From Octopus vulgaris (lineage: Eukaryota), in assembly GCA_951406725.2 (NCBI GenBank), contig OX597831.1:32798001-32862000 (forward strand): a DNA stretch of 64,000 nt. The letters run 5' to 3'. A model generated the notes under the pieces. It worked only from the letters and a program-made list of their open reading frames with translations, was not told the DNA's origin and did no database searches. The position numbers and the translations under genes are program-made. Shown here piece by piece: positions 28,712 to 43,963 of the stretch; within the stretch, counting starts at the first letter, position 1; every line of letters starts with the position of its first letter.

Positions 28712-30233
28712 GCAACAGCACCGACATCATCACCACCACAATCACCATCACAACCCCTCCACCACTACCAACCCCATTCTACCACCACCACCACCACCAC
28801 CACCACCATCAACCCATATACCATTATTGATGAAGTTACCTTCAAGTGGCAAGTCTGCCTGCTAGAAACAACAGCCAATTTAGTTTCTTTGAAATCACAC
28901 GTCTGCTATCTTAATTAGTAAAAGATATATTGGATAATGTATTCCTAGGTAGACGATGTCAGAAGCAAAAGCCGGGTTTCTCAGAATCAGAAGGTATTTG
29001 ATTCTTGGTTTACCGGATCAACATTGTCCTGGGGTTAAACGTTAACACCAAAACCAGTCTCATTTTCCATTTCTCTCTCTCTCTCCCTGTCTCCTTCCTC
29101 TTTCTGTCTCTCCTTTCCGCACTCTCTCCTTCTAAACTTTCCTCTCTCTCTCTCTCTCTTCTCTCTCCCCCTCTCTCTCACCCCGTCTAACTCTTTCTTT
29201 CACTCTTCTCTCCGCTCACATGTCTCCACCCTCTCTTTTTCCACCTCTCTCTCACTCGCTCCGTCTGTCAGCGCCCCTCCCTCTCTCTCAGTGTCCTCCT
29301 CTACCTCCCACCCTCCATCTGCCGATCTCCCTCTCTGTCTCTCTCTGTCTTTCTTCCACTCTTTCTCATTCTGTCTCCCCCACAACGTCTTATCTCCCCT
29401 CAGTCTCATACTTCTCTCTCTCTCTTCCTTATTCTACTTTCCTATCTCTGTCTCATCTTCGCTTCTACCCTCTCACTCTCTATCTCCCTCACCTTCTCCC
29501 TCACCATATATGGCTATCGATCTTTGTACAACACCTTCCCCACTCCACTTTACATTCTCTCCCTCCAACTCCTTCACATAACGTCTCCTACCCTCACGCT
29601 TTTTCTCTCACTTTATCACTATAACCTCGCAACCACTCATTCCGCCACACCTCTCACCCTGCCTCCTGCTCTATTACATAATCTACCTCTCCCCACCTCC
29701 GCCCCTCTCTACCTGCTTATCCATTTCCAGCAAACCCACCCGGTGTTGTTCCTGTACATGGCCACGATGACACCCGTAGGTGTTATCAAACATGCAGTCA
29801 CAGATATCTGCACATACGAAGACATGAACGTATATATAAGCATATACATATGTATATGTATACGGATGTGTGTATGTGCATATATATATGTATATATGTG
29901 TCTGTGTGTATGTATATATGTATATATATATATATATATTCATATGTACACACATATACACGTGCATATATGTATCTTTAAACATATATGTATGTATATG
30001 TGTGTGTGTGTGTGTGTGTATGTGCGTGCGCGCGCGTGTGTGTGTGTGAGTGTGTGCATGTGTGTGTGTTCATATTCTTATACATTCCGAAGATAATTAA
30101 AAATTGCAAAACCTAAAATAAGAACATACAGAATAAATCCATATATACATGTCTGTCTGTCTGTCTGCCTGCCTGTCTGTCTGTCTGTTTGTGTGTCCGT
30201 GTATGTACATATCATCATCATCATATATATATG

Positions 30234-30269
<36 letters not shown>

Positions 30270-30357
30270 GAATAGGAAGAGTTTAGGCTACTGGTAATCT
30301 GAACAAATAGGTACGCTGTCTCAGAGCTCCAACTGATAACTTGGAGCCTAGTGTATA

Positions 30358-31400
30358 TCTTAATATATATAAAACTGAGAATGTGTCTGTCTGTCTGTCT
30401 GTCTGTGTGTTTCCCTAAAACTTGAGAACTACACAACCAATTTCCTTCAAATTTTACACATGCCTTACTTAGGGTCCATGTAGTTTCATGGGCAAAAAAA
30501 ATGTTCAACTTCTTGCCTAGAGCGAGCCCATTGCAATATCATATCTTCTCCACTATTTCAGTATTACGTGTTAAAAGTGAAACAAAAACGTTTCTCTATT
30601 TTATGTCAGATACTTTCACTTTAACAATAAAAATAATAATAACAATTGAATTATATGTAGTAAGTAATAATTAAAATCAAACTAAAGTATAATATAGTTG
30701 TAACATAACAAAAGTAAAAATAGCAATTGGTATAAAATTGCATCAATGATCTGAACTTAAATAAGTGGTTTCACATGAATGGGAATAAATTAAAAATAAG
30801 ATTAGCGTGCAGAAATGGAATAGTCCAGATGGATAATAAAAAATTAAATTAAAGAAAAGATTATTGTCTATAAAGTATACTATGTAGAGAAAAAAGAAGA
30901 TTTGAACACATGGAGGAAAGCACCTTCGAAAAGTGTCTTGGTGCGACTATGAAAGGTATCTAACCAGAGGCGGTAATTTGGCCACAATAGAAGCAAGGTT
31001 CGAGTCAACGGAGCGTGCAAGGGAGTACTCGACTCGAACTTGCAAAGTAGAAATATTTTATTTTTACCTTTATATCTGGGACGTAGGACGTCCCGGAAAA
31101 AAATTAAAAATGGACCCCCCCCCCCACAGAAGTAGCGGTAGGCTGGATTGTAGCCACACTTCTATACAAGAGGGAGGACAAGATACAATTGATCGAAATT
31201 ACAAGAGACGGGCTAACAATTCCAGTCTGTTATATATTATGAGTACTGTTATCACTAGCGATATCAAGATATAACTTTGTATTTTGTATTTTATGTGTAG
31301 ATGTATATATATAGATGTACATGTAATATGTACACATATATATACACATATATACATGCACTAGCAATATGACCCGGCAACGACGGGTCTTTAATGCTAG
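30358..31400 (+). mobile_element. Non-autonomous Helitron
   Basis: 5' A|TC(TTAATATATATAAAA) followed by (GTCT)n. 3' hairpin GACCCG-GCAACGA-CGGGTC (31371-31389), then CTAG|T at 31397-31401. No TSD. Confidence 0.8.
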
Positions 31401-31458
<58 letters not shown>

Positions 31459-31793
31459 CATTCATATATATATATAATAAATATATATTATATATGAATG
31501 TATATATATATATATACAAGGTATATATATATATATAAAATATATATATGCATTATATATATATATATATAATATATATATATACCGGATATATATAATT
31601 GATATATAAAATTTTTTTACATACAAAATTTAAAGGACTGACCACTAAAAGGGGACAGTGAATATGCTAGATATAGACGTCAAAATCGCTATTTTCCACG
31701 AAGAATGTGTTCTCAAGAAAAAACTCAGCAAAAAACCAAAGTGTATAAAATAAGCAAGACAAATGAAAATATACGAAAATAAAAAACGATTAC

Positions 31794-31868
31794 CTATGTA
31801 CTAAGCAGTTTCACTTGTTAATATTTACGTATATGTATACGCGAACATCTGCACGATCATCAGCATAG
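31794..31868 (-). ncRNA. Hammerhead-like motif in a TA-flanked element (~31620-32092)
   Basis: CUAUG-CUGAUGA-[imperfect hairpin]-GAAA-CUGCUUAG-UA-CAUAG. Confidence 0.62.
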
Positions 31869-32090
31869 TCTGTCGTTCACAAACATAATTTCCAGAACTA
31901 GATACAGAACGCTTGACCGGAATCCCGCATGCATAGAGTTCAACAAATTATATTTATGTATATCTTTCAAATGCCTTCACTTTGGCGCGCTGAGATCGGA
32001 AATCTACTCTGCACTTAATAAATTACAGTAGTCAATTTACCGATTAGAGAACATTTTTTTATTATTTAAAATTGAATAAGGGTAGAAATT

Positions 32091-32141
<51 letters not shown>

Positions 32142-32153
32142 GGTATATATATA

Positions 32154-32196
<43 letters not shown>

Positions 32197-32762
32197 TGAT
32201 GTATATACATATCTGACATATATACCTCTCTTTGTCAGTCATTAAGCATATTGCTTTGTGGCTTTTAAGTTATTTTAACTCTTGTTTCTAACAATAAAAG
32301 GTACTATTCAATTGAAACCTATTGAATAGGCTTCAACACACGAAGTCACATAAAGAATCTTGCAAACCAAATGCAAAATGAAATATAAATATATATATAT
32401 GGCAAATGAAAATGTATCAACAAATATATATGTGCATAAGCATAAACACACACACACATATACACATGTATGCGTGCATATACAAGTGTAGACATACACA
32501 CTTCGCTTCCTATCCACCTACATAAAATGTAGTCAAGTTTTTAGTTCTGTGATAAAAGTTTTTCCAAGAAATATTTTTGGCGCAAAATCTAGAAAATTCA
32601 TATGCAATTATCCGAAACTGACATTATTTGCATATGCAATTAATCCATCTGTTGTACTTATCTTCGATGTTAAAATATATTCTTCTATTCTCTTAATCGA
32701 ATTAATTGGATTCAGTCATCGCTCTGCGGCCATGCTGTGACACTAATATTATTTATATATCT

Positions 32763-33167
32763 AAGGCGGTGGGAGCTGGTAGAATCGTTAGCACGCCGGG
32801 CGAAATGCTTAGCGGTATTTCGTCTGCGTTACGTTGTGAGTTCGAATTCCGCCGAGGTCGACTTTGCCTTTCATCCTTTCGGGGTCGATAAATTAAGTAC
32901 CAGTTACGCACTGGGGTCGATGTAATCGACTTAATACCTATGTCTGTCCTTGTTTGTCCCCTCTGTGTTTAGCCCCTTGTGGGTAGTAAAGAAATAGGTA
33001 TTTCGTCTGCCTTTACGTTCTGAGTTCAAATTCGACCGAAGTCGACTTTGCTTTTCATCCTTTTGGGGATCGATAAATTAAGAACCAGTTGCGTACTGGG
33101 GGTCTATCTAATCGACTAGCCCCCTTCTCCGCCAAATGTCGGTCCTTCTGCCTAGACTAGAAAAGAA

Positions 33168-33170
<3 letters not shown>
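32763..33170 (+). mobile_element. SINE-A dimer (full unit plus headless short-tail unit)
   Basis: Junction GTAAAGAAATA|GGTATTTCGTCTG at ~32996. Confidence 0.88.
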
Positions 33171-33258
<88 letters not shown>

Positions 33259-33441
33259 AGTCTGTCTGCTTGCATGTCTGTCTACCTCTCTTTCTCCCCC
33301 TCCCTCAATATGTATATGTATATGCATGTATACACACATACATATGTATATATATGCAGATATATGTACACACAGTTACGCACATCAATAATTAATTCTT
33401 ATGGTAGTACTCTTGTAGTAGTAGTGGTGGTAGTAGTAGTG

Positions 33442-33476
<35 letters not shown>

Positions 33477-33627
33477 GGCGTTAGTGTTTACGAGAAGGTG
33501 GGTGGGTAAAGATAATAGATGTGAGAAATAGACAACGTAATGTTTGTTACTGTCATCGTCACCACCACTACCACCACCACCACCACCACCACCACCACTA
33601 TCACTGCCAGCATCACCACTATCGCCG

Positions 33628-33661
<34 letters not shown>

Positions 33662-33902
33662 TATCATCATCATCATCCACATCAAGTTCAATATGATCGT
33701 CATCATCATCTTCCTCCTGCTCCTCCATCGCCTCCACCTCCATATCATCACCGTCATCGCTGTTATCGTCGTTTTCGTCGTCGTCGTTGTCATCATCATC
33801 ATCATAGACATCATCATAACGTTTCTGCAAAATCGACATGAGATGTTATCTTTGATTAGATTCTTACCTCGGTTCCGTTCATTAACTACTCCGACTCACC
33901 TA

Positions 33903-33978
<76 letters not shown>

Positions 33979-34019
33979 CACGCGCGCACATGCACACACA
34001 TACATATGTACACCCCCTC

Positions 34020-34052
<33 letters not shown>

Positions 34053-34196
34053 GCTTATACATTTATATCTATATATATGTGTATACATACATATATGTTT
34101 ATGCATATATATATATATATATATATCTATATCCATATACACATATATACATATATGTAGTCACATATATATCGATTTATAAAAATCACACAAGCA

Positions 34197-34235
<39 letters not shown>

Positions 34236-34886
34236 TAATCTGAAGCTCATCTTTTAAACAACAGAAGCAAAACACAAAATTGAAATTAAAGATCAACAAA
34301 CAAACAAACAAGGTTTTGTGTTACAATCTGTCCGAGTTTGGTGCCAAAGAGGTCTGCTTTCTTGTTATATAACCAGCTCTGTCACAGAAACACATTAAAA
34401 AAAATATATATATATTAAAATATATTTCATTATATACACATTTATGTGATTCAGCGCCATATACACTCAATCTTTCTGTCTGTCTGTATGTATGTCTGTC
34501 TCTGATTCTTTCATCCTCTTTCTTCAATTCTATATTCCCTCTACTGCCAGCAAGGCTGTTGCCGCCATCATTCAAAGCAGTTTCAGAAGTGTATGTATGT
34601 ATGTATGTATGTATGTATGCATGTATATGTGCGTGTGTATACATGTATGTATGTATGTGTGTGTATACATGTATGTATGTATGTATGTATGTATGTATGT
34701 ATGTATGTATGTATGTATGTATGTATGTATGTATGTATGTATGTATGTATGTATGTAGGTGCGAATGTACGCGTGTGTGTATACATGTATGTATGTGTAT
34801 GTATATGCCTATACGCTTAAATGCATGTATGCTTGTGTGCATTTACGTATGTATATATATATATGTATGTGTGTATATATATGTAT

Positions 34887-34960
<74 letters not shown>

Positions 34961-35260
34961 TACATGTATGGTATATATGTATGTATCTATGCGTGCTTAT
35001 ATGTATGTGTATATGTTTGTATATTGCATGTATATTTGTATGTAGGTTTGTGTGCATGAATATGCGTTTAGATATACATGCACGTATGTATATGCATGTA
35101 TGGCATGTAATTATGCATGTGTATGCGTATTATTGCGCGTGCGTGGCATGCAGGTGCACCCTTGTATGCATGTGTGTATGAATATACTGTATGCACTTGT
35201 GTATGCATGCATATATAATAATAATAATAACGATAATAATAGTAATAGTAATAGTAATAG

Positions 35261-35294
<34 letters not shown>

Positions 35295-35447
35295 GATGAT
35301 GATGATGATGTCACAACAACAATAACAACCACATTACTACTAATAACAACAACAGCTACAACAATGACAATAACAACAAAATTCTGAAAATATTTGCTAA
35401 AATTCTAAAAGACAAAATGGCAGATTGTAAATATCCTGAAATGCTTA

Positions 35448-35534
<87 letters not shown>

Positions 35535-35565
35535 AATAATGATAATGATGATAATGGTGATAATG

Positions 35566-35672
<107 letters not shown>

Positions 35673-35694
35673 AATAATGATAATGGTGATAATG

Positions 35695-35745
<51 letters not shown>

Positions 35746-36422
35746 GAAAAATAAAGTAAGCGAATAACATACAAATAAAATAAAATAAAATGAAATGAAA
35801 TAAATGCCAAAACAAAGAAAGAAGAAACTCAGACAAGTCAAGTAAAATAAATAAAGAAAAGGAAAATAAATAAATAAAAGAAAAAGTAGAAACATAAACG
35901 ATATAAGGAATTTAATTAAGTGTTTGGAATTATTGGGTTCTCTGTTTTTGTAGCAGCCAAATATTGTAAAAGATTGGAGAAAGAAACCTTTAAACATCGC
36001 CATATTTGTTGTTTGATAGAGTCTTTACATGTCATTACAGGTGTTAAGTCACTTCGCATCCTACTCACCTACCTGCTCACCTGCCTATTACCTTTTTTGT
36101 TTTTTTATTTTTGCTTACCTACCTGCCCTGTCTACATACCTATGTACCTTCAACTTCCCTCCCTACTCTCTCTCCCTCGTTCGCCTCCCCCCACCACTTC
36201 CTTCCTTTCTACCTACTTAACCCCCACCTCCACCATCGTTTTCCTTTCTCCATCCTCGCACCTTGTGCGTGGAGGTTAAGGAAATTTCGAGCAACACATA
36301 CGCGTGTGCGCATGCATGTATGCTTGCATGGATGGGTGGATGGATGACGTCTATACAATAGTTTTATTTATCAGGCATACATACACATGTCATACACATG
36401 TCTACAACTATGTATCAAAAAT

Positions 36423-36493
<71 letters not shown>

Positions 36494-36761
36494 TATACTC
36501 TTTTATTCTTTTACATGATTCAGCTTTGAGGTTGCGGCCATGCTGGTGCACCGCCATTATATGTACATATATACATACATTCATACATACATACATACAC
36601 ACAAACATATGTATGTCTATATACACATATATATTACCATGCAATTATATTTACATACATGTATGTGTGTATATAAATACGTCTATATATATGTGTATAC
36701 ATACATACATACATACAATCATACATACATACATACATACATAAATACATACATACATACA

Positions 36762-36841
<80 letters not shown>

Positions 36842-36872
36842 ACGGTCATTGTAATAGCTCTTTTGTTTGTCT

Positions 36873-36935
36873 TAATAACTGACGAGATGCCGGAGCAGTT
36901 TTCCGCCCCGACATCCGAAACTAAGAGTTTTATTA
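36873..36935 (+). ncRNA. Hammerhead-like ribozyme (family H7, diverged) in a ~130-bp insert within (TA)n
   Basis: UAAUAA-CUGACGA-GAUGCCGG..CCGACAUC-C-GAAA-CUAAGAG-UU-UUAUUA. Downstream ACCGAAT.ATTGTCACAT is shared with the 22381 copy. Confidence 0.7.
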
Positions 36936-36967
36936 TGGCAACCGAATGATTGTCACATTTTATACTA

Positions 36968-37042
<75 letters not shown>

Positions 37043-37645
37043 TGCGTCTATGTATATGAATCTATCTATATAGGTGTGTATGAGTGAATGTGTATGAACG
37101 CGCGTATAATTTCAAAGCACAAAACTCTGTCATTCTTACCACACAAGCACTCAAACATACAGACACATACACATACATATGTACACACACATGCACATGC
37201 ATATATACATACATATGTAGAACAAATCGCACATACTACCACACGCTAGCGACGCCCAGCTCCATGTCCTGCCTATGCTATGGCTACACTCGTTATTGTA
37301 GCCCTCCTTAAACACAAAACCAAGCCAAGTGTGATTACTTTGACAATAATCTCATGATCTTTAACAAGTATTGTTGTTCATCAAGTTTCCGGTGAGAGAC
37401 GCCTGCAGGAATGTGCAGCACTTGGTTAGATGGTTGGATGGTTGGATGGTAGGTAGGTCTATGGGTTGGGTGTCACCTTCAATGAAGTGGTATGCAAAAC
37501 AACACACACACACACACACACACACGAGTGTGCGTATATGTATGTATGTATGTATGCATATATGTGTGTATGTATGTATGTATGTATGTATGTATGTATG
37601 TATGTACACACACACACACACATGCACACATACACATATACTTAT

Positions 37646-37800
37646 ATGTGGTTGTGTGGTAAGAAGTTTGTTTCCCAACCATGTGGTTTCGGGTTCAGTC
37701 CCACTGCATGGCACCTTCGGAAAGAGTCTTCTGCTATACCCTCGTGCCGACCAAAGCCTTGTGAGTGGATTTGGCAGACAGAAACTGAAAGAAGCCCGTC

Positions 37801-37846
<46 letters not shown>

Positions 37847-38080
37847 TGGGGGGTGTCTGTGAGTGTATGTGTGTGTTTGTGTGTCTGTGTTTGTCTCCCA
37901 CCATCGTTTGACAACCGATATTAGTGTGTTTACGTCCCTGTAAATTAGCAGTTCGGCAAAAGCGACCGATAGAATAAGTAATAGGGTTACAAAGTCCTGG
38001 GGTCGATTCGTTCGACTAATGGCTATGCTCCAGCATGGCCGCAGTCAAACGACTGAAACCACTAACAGAACAAAAGAATA
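37646..38080 (+). mobile_element. SINE-B, full length
   Basis: Homologous to 13810-14185. Confidence 0.85.
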
Positions 38081-38149
38081 GATCAACTTTAAGAACGAAA
38101 TCTTGCATGAGCCCTTAAGGACCATAAGGGTCCCCGGTTGAGAACCACC

Positions 38150-39148
38150 GTTCAATCTGCAAGTCAGCAATTTGAGAGGAGGCCCTTGTCGATTATAACG
38201 CTTCCCGTAGTTGACAAATACTATATTTTATCGACTCTGAAAAGATGGACGTCGGCAGAAGCGTTGGAAAAAAATGTTACAAGGTATTTATTCAGATGGT
38301 CGAACGACATCGCCAATCAAAAACTCTTGTAATAAAGGTTTCAAATTTTGGCACAAGGCCAGCAATTTTGATGGAAGAGCTTAATCGATATCATCGACAC
38401 CCAGTGTTTGACTGGTACTTATTTAATCGAACCGAAAGGGATGAAGGGCAAAGTCAACCCCGGCGGCATTTCGACTCGGAACGTAAACCCCGAAGGAAAC
38501 AAAAAAATCTCTTGTGATAATTCTTTCTACAATATATTTCTTTATTGCCCATGGGGGGGGGGGAAGTAAACACCGAAGGGACAAACAAGGACAGACAAAG
38601 GGATTAAGTCGATGACATTGACCCCCGTGCGTAACTGGTACTTAATTTATCGACCCCGAAAGGATGAAAGGCAAAGTTGACCTCGGCGGAATTTGAACTC
38701 AGAACGTAACGGCCGATGAAATACCTATTTCTTTATTACCCACAAGGGGCTAAACATAGAGGGGACAAACAAGGACAGACATAGGTATTAAGTCGATTAC
38801 ATCGACCCCAGTGCGTAACTGGTACTTAATTTATCGACCCCGAAAGGAAGAAAGGCAAAGTCGACCTCGGCGGAATTTGAACTCACAACGTAATGATAGA
38901 CGAAATACGGCTACGCATTTCGCCCGGCGTGCTAACGTTTCTGCCAGCTCGCCGCCCTTCTAGGTACAAGATCTGGAGGGGGCCAGGCTATTACATCGGC
39001 CCAAAGACTCAGCGGTAACTTATTTCATCGATTCGAAAGAGTGAAAAGCAAAGTCTACCACGGCGTAATTTGACACAAGAGGGAAAAACCGGAAGGAATG
39101 TTTCTAAGCATTTTGTCTGGTGCTCTGACGATGATGTCAACTCGCCTG
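38150..39148 (-). mobile_element. Cluster of ~5 SINE-A copies of different ages
   Basis: Family A cores at ~38230, 38425, 38650, 38830 and 39025. Confidence 0.8.
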
Positions 39149-39149
39149 G

Positions 39150-39434
39150 TCTTTATTTCGTCGATTTCTCTGGCTGAACTGCTAAGTTATGGACGTAAAC
39201 ACGCCAACATCTTATCACGTAGTGGGGGTCGGAGGACAAACACGGACAAAAGTACACATACGCACACGCTCAAATATGACGGGCTTCTTTCAGTTTCTGT
39301 CTACCAATTCGTCTCACAAGGCTTTGGTCAGCTCGAGTCTATAGTAGAAGACACTTGCCCAAGGTATTACGCAGTGGGACTGAACTTGGAACCATGTGGT
39401 TGGGAAGCAAACTTACTACCACACAGCCACGCCA
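39150..39434 (-). mobile_element. SINE-B 5' part
   Basis: GACGGGCTTCTTTCAGTTTCTGTCTACCAA...CTTACTACCACACAGCCACGCC. Confidence 0.8.
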
Positions 39435-40045
39435 ACACTTGAATGTGTGTGTGTGTGTGTGTGTATGTGTGTGTGTGTATGTGTGTATGTGTGTGTGTGT
39501 ATTATGCGTATCAACTTATATATATATCTGTCTATATGTCTGTTTATCACTCTATCTGCTCGCCCACCACTTTTCCCAGGTATGTATCTATCTGTCGATT
39601 ATAGTGAAGTATCGATACCTGAACACACACACACTTACACACACCTTACTCTCTTTATACACTAATCACTTTTTGCTTCGCACTGTTTAAGAAAGATTGT
39701 TTCGTTTCGTCACATTAACCAGAATATATTTTATACGTGATAAATTGCACTTCGCCACCGATATGAAAATTGTGAGACGACAACAACAACAGCAACAACA
39801 AAAATACAAAGAATAGCAAACAACAACAGCAACAACAAAAATAAGACAATAGTAACAATATTGATGAAAATAAACATTCACTTAAACGTGATAAAAAAAC
39901 CGGACAAAACGGAACTTCTTTTTAGAACCACACACACACACACACACACACACAAATATGTATGTATGCATCAAACCTATCTGTAAGTATCTGCATTACT
40001 TACCTGTCTCTGTATATATATGTATATGTATATATATATATGTAT

Positions 40046-40101
<56 letters not shown>

Positions 40102-40384
40102 GCACATACATATATATATGTGTGTGTGTGTATGTATGTGCATATTATATATATATATATACATGTAAATATATACACTACACACACACGGGCACACTCA
40201 CATATGAAACACGTAGTTTATACACGCCCCTCCTATAAACCCTTCCCCCCAGCCCCGCCACAAAATCACCCCCAAACAAAACCCCATAACACTTTAGTAG
40301 ATATTCAAGTTATATATAGGTCTTTCGTTTGAAGTACACCTAACATCGTATACTTTCACGCTCCTTTCGTCATACATATATATA

Positions 40385-40428
40385 TACACGCATACGTATA
40401 TATATAAATATATGTATATAACTGTCTA

Positions 40429-40472
<44 letters not shown>

Positions 40473-40500
40473 TATGTATGTATATATGTGTGCATATGTT

Positions 40501-40551
<51 letters not shown>

Positions 40552-40684
40552 TTGTGTGTGTTTATGTACAAGCAAATACACACATACACATAGTAACACA
40601 CGTATATATATATATATATAACTGTCTACCTATATATATATATATATATATGCATATGTACGTATATATGTGTGCACATGTTTG

Positions 40685-40725
<41 letters not shown>

Positions 40726-40795
40726 CTATGTACAAGCAAATACACACATACATATAGTTACACACGCATATATATCCATATATATGTATATAACT
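40385..40795. repeat. Tandem duplication (~200 bp) of compound microsatellite
   Basis: ACTGTCTACC at 40421 and 40621; TATGTACAAGCAAATACACACATAC occurs twice. Confidence 0.8.
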
Positions 40796-41245
40796 TTGTT
40801 ACTGTTGGTTTGTCTAGTTCATGTTGTTGTACTGAATATCACTGTTGTTGTTGTTGTTGTTGTTGTTGTAGTTGTTGCTATTATTGTTCTTGTATTGTTT
40901 TCCGCTACCGAATTTTACCAATATCTGATCTAACAAGGTGTCGGGGGGAAAATTTAGCCGCAAGATTCTTCACAGTCTCCTTCCATGTAAGAGTCTTTGA
41001 AGTTTGCTGTTTGGCTTGCGAAGCTAACAACTTTAACGTAAGTAAAAACACTGGCAAAAATTGCATTGTGGGATACCATAAACACCCACCCACACACACA
41101 CATATACATAAACAAATTAATACACATGTATACACAGATGTGTTGAATTATATATACTTACGTGCGTGAGTATAAGTTTGCATACATTCATTCACAAATA
41201 CACACACACACACATATATAAACACACACACACATATATATATGT

Positions 41246-41310
<65 letters not shown>

Positions 41311-41319
41311 ATATATATA

Positions 41320-41371
<52 letters not shown>

Positions 41372-41686
41372 TGAATATATATGTATGTATGTATGTGTGC
41401 GTGTGTATATATATATATATATATATGTTTGTAAACGCATGCTTATAAGGAGTATGCATATACATTCCCATATACACACACATAGACTTGTCTTTCTCTT
41501 TATGTATATCTACCGCTCTCTATTTCTCTCTATATTTGCATATGTTTATCTCTCTCTATATATATTTATATACATACATACATACATACATACACACATA
41601 CTACATAAGTACATAAATATAAACATACATACACACACCCATCCCTTACTCCCTCCCTCCAGTCATCCATCCATACATACATACGT

Positions 41687-41728
<42 letters not shown>

Positions 41729-42274
41729 TCTGATGGACTGGTCGAGCAGTTTAATGTAGCACGAAATAAAATTAGTTTCACTTTTGACCATCGGCTTTCC
41801 TGGCTTGATGAAGAATTTTTATGCAAGACATCCAAGATTCAGTAACTTACTCTAACGAGTTCAAGCCGAACAGACTTGGCATTTTTATACACTAGTTATC
41901 CAGCTGATGATTGCACGCTTACACGAAACCTGCAACCATATGACTCGGGGATGAATGATTATAACAAGATTTTATGGGCCTAAGTCTATATTTGGTTACT
42001 GATCATAAGTATTACTTTTTTTTTATCCTAACACTGTAATTCGTTCGTTTGATATAACAATCTTCATTTAGTATCTCTGTTAAAAAAACAAACGCGCACG
42101 CACACACACACACACACACACATGCAAGCACAGAGTTATTAACAAAGGATTACCAACCCAGGCAAAAATCATATATATGTATATATATATACGGTGGCGT
42201 AATTCCCGTACAGGACTGTCACGTTAAGTTGACGGTATTCAACCACTCTCTCTTTCTCTCTCTCTGTATATATA

Positions 42275-42347
<73 letters not shown>

Positions 42348-42365
42348 TATGTATACATATATTAA

Positions 42366-42545
42366 GTTAATCCAAACAAGAAAGCACAAAAAACACAACA
42401 ACGCGAGGACGTGGAACAAATATAGTATTATTGGACGCTCAGGAAAGAAGGAAAGGAAGGAGGGTTTAACGTTTCGAGCGGAGCTCTTCGTCGGAAACAT
42501 AGGAGAAGGAAAGATCCAGAGAGGGAAGACAGAGGAAAAAAATAT
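42366..42545 (-). mobile_element. Family H2 HHR-carrying repeat
   Basis: HHR at 42464-42498 (-) is identical to the 18135 copy (CCGACGA core). Confidence 0.8.
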
Positions 42546-42630
42546 CTATATATATTTAATGCAGGATAAAAGTTTTTCGAAAAAAAAAAAAATTATCAAT
42601 GGCCAGCATATTAAAAAATACCTTTTAAGG

Positions 42631-42674
<44 letters not shown>

Positions 42675-43149
42675 CTTGTGTGTGTATGCATATGTATGCA
42701 TCCGTGAGCATGTATATAATGCTCGAAATAAGGAGTAGAAGGACAGCCAACAACTGATAAAGGGTTGTTTTTGATGTTACTTATTTTGGTTTCTCTCGTT
42801 TTTTGCGTTCCCAACGTTATTTTCGTATTTCATGTTTGTTTACGTTTTTTTGACGTACTGTACCCATATATGCATAGCTATATATACATGTATACGTATG
42901 TATGAAGATATGTGTGTCTATATAGACATGTGTTTATTATGTATATTATATATATATATATGTGTATGCATGTATATATATTTATATATGTATATACATA
43001 CGAACGTATGTAGTTGTGCATAGATAGCTATACACACGCATTTACCTGGGTGTATATATATATATATATATATACCACACGAATCAGTTGTAACTTGCTG
43101 AACTTCCGCATGTTTTTGCATTTTATTTATCGATTATTATTATTATTAC

Positions 43150-43211
<62 letters not shown>

Positions 43212-43569
43212 GTAGTAGTAGTAGTAGTAGTAGTATTACTTGTTTTTTACTTCTTCGTATTCTTTCCACACGAGCCAAAGCCCCAACTGTTGGGATGCTG
43301 CGTTGTGCTTAATTACGTAATAAACTAATTAGTCATGCAAATCAAGCTTGGTTAATTTATAAGAAAAACTGCTTTTTCTAAAATTACACCCCCCACTCCT
43401 GTCTTTTGTCTCTCTCTCTCTCTCTCTCACTCTATCCCTCTTTTTCTCTCCGCTCTTTTTCTGTCTTTGCTACCTATCTTCCTCCTCCTCCTCTACCCAC
43501 TACCCGTCAATAATTTGGTTTCAGACTCACCCCTGCTTCCAATCAAAAATCATCAGGAACAAAGACCAA

Positions 43570-43661
<92 letters not shown>

Positions 43662-43846
43662 CGGTCAAAAGACCAAAATACAATAAAAATATTGGTAAAA
43701 TTGTGCTCAAGATTGGAAAAGGTAGGGTGGGAGGGAGAGATGGAGAGAGGGAGGGAGAAGGATTCCTTATATTACTTCATCTTGCTTGTTGTTCTTTGTC
43801 GTTTTTCTCCATATACATACATACATATATAAACATGCATACATAA

Positions 43847-43963
<117 letters not shown>

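Noticed and set aside
40930-41045. Possible + strand exon ending AAC|GTAAGT
   Set aside because: No convincing acceptor or recognisable peptide.
41897-41955. CTGATGA...CGAAAC motif
   Set aside because: No credible stem III or cleavage triplet; not counted as an HHR.
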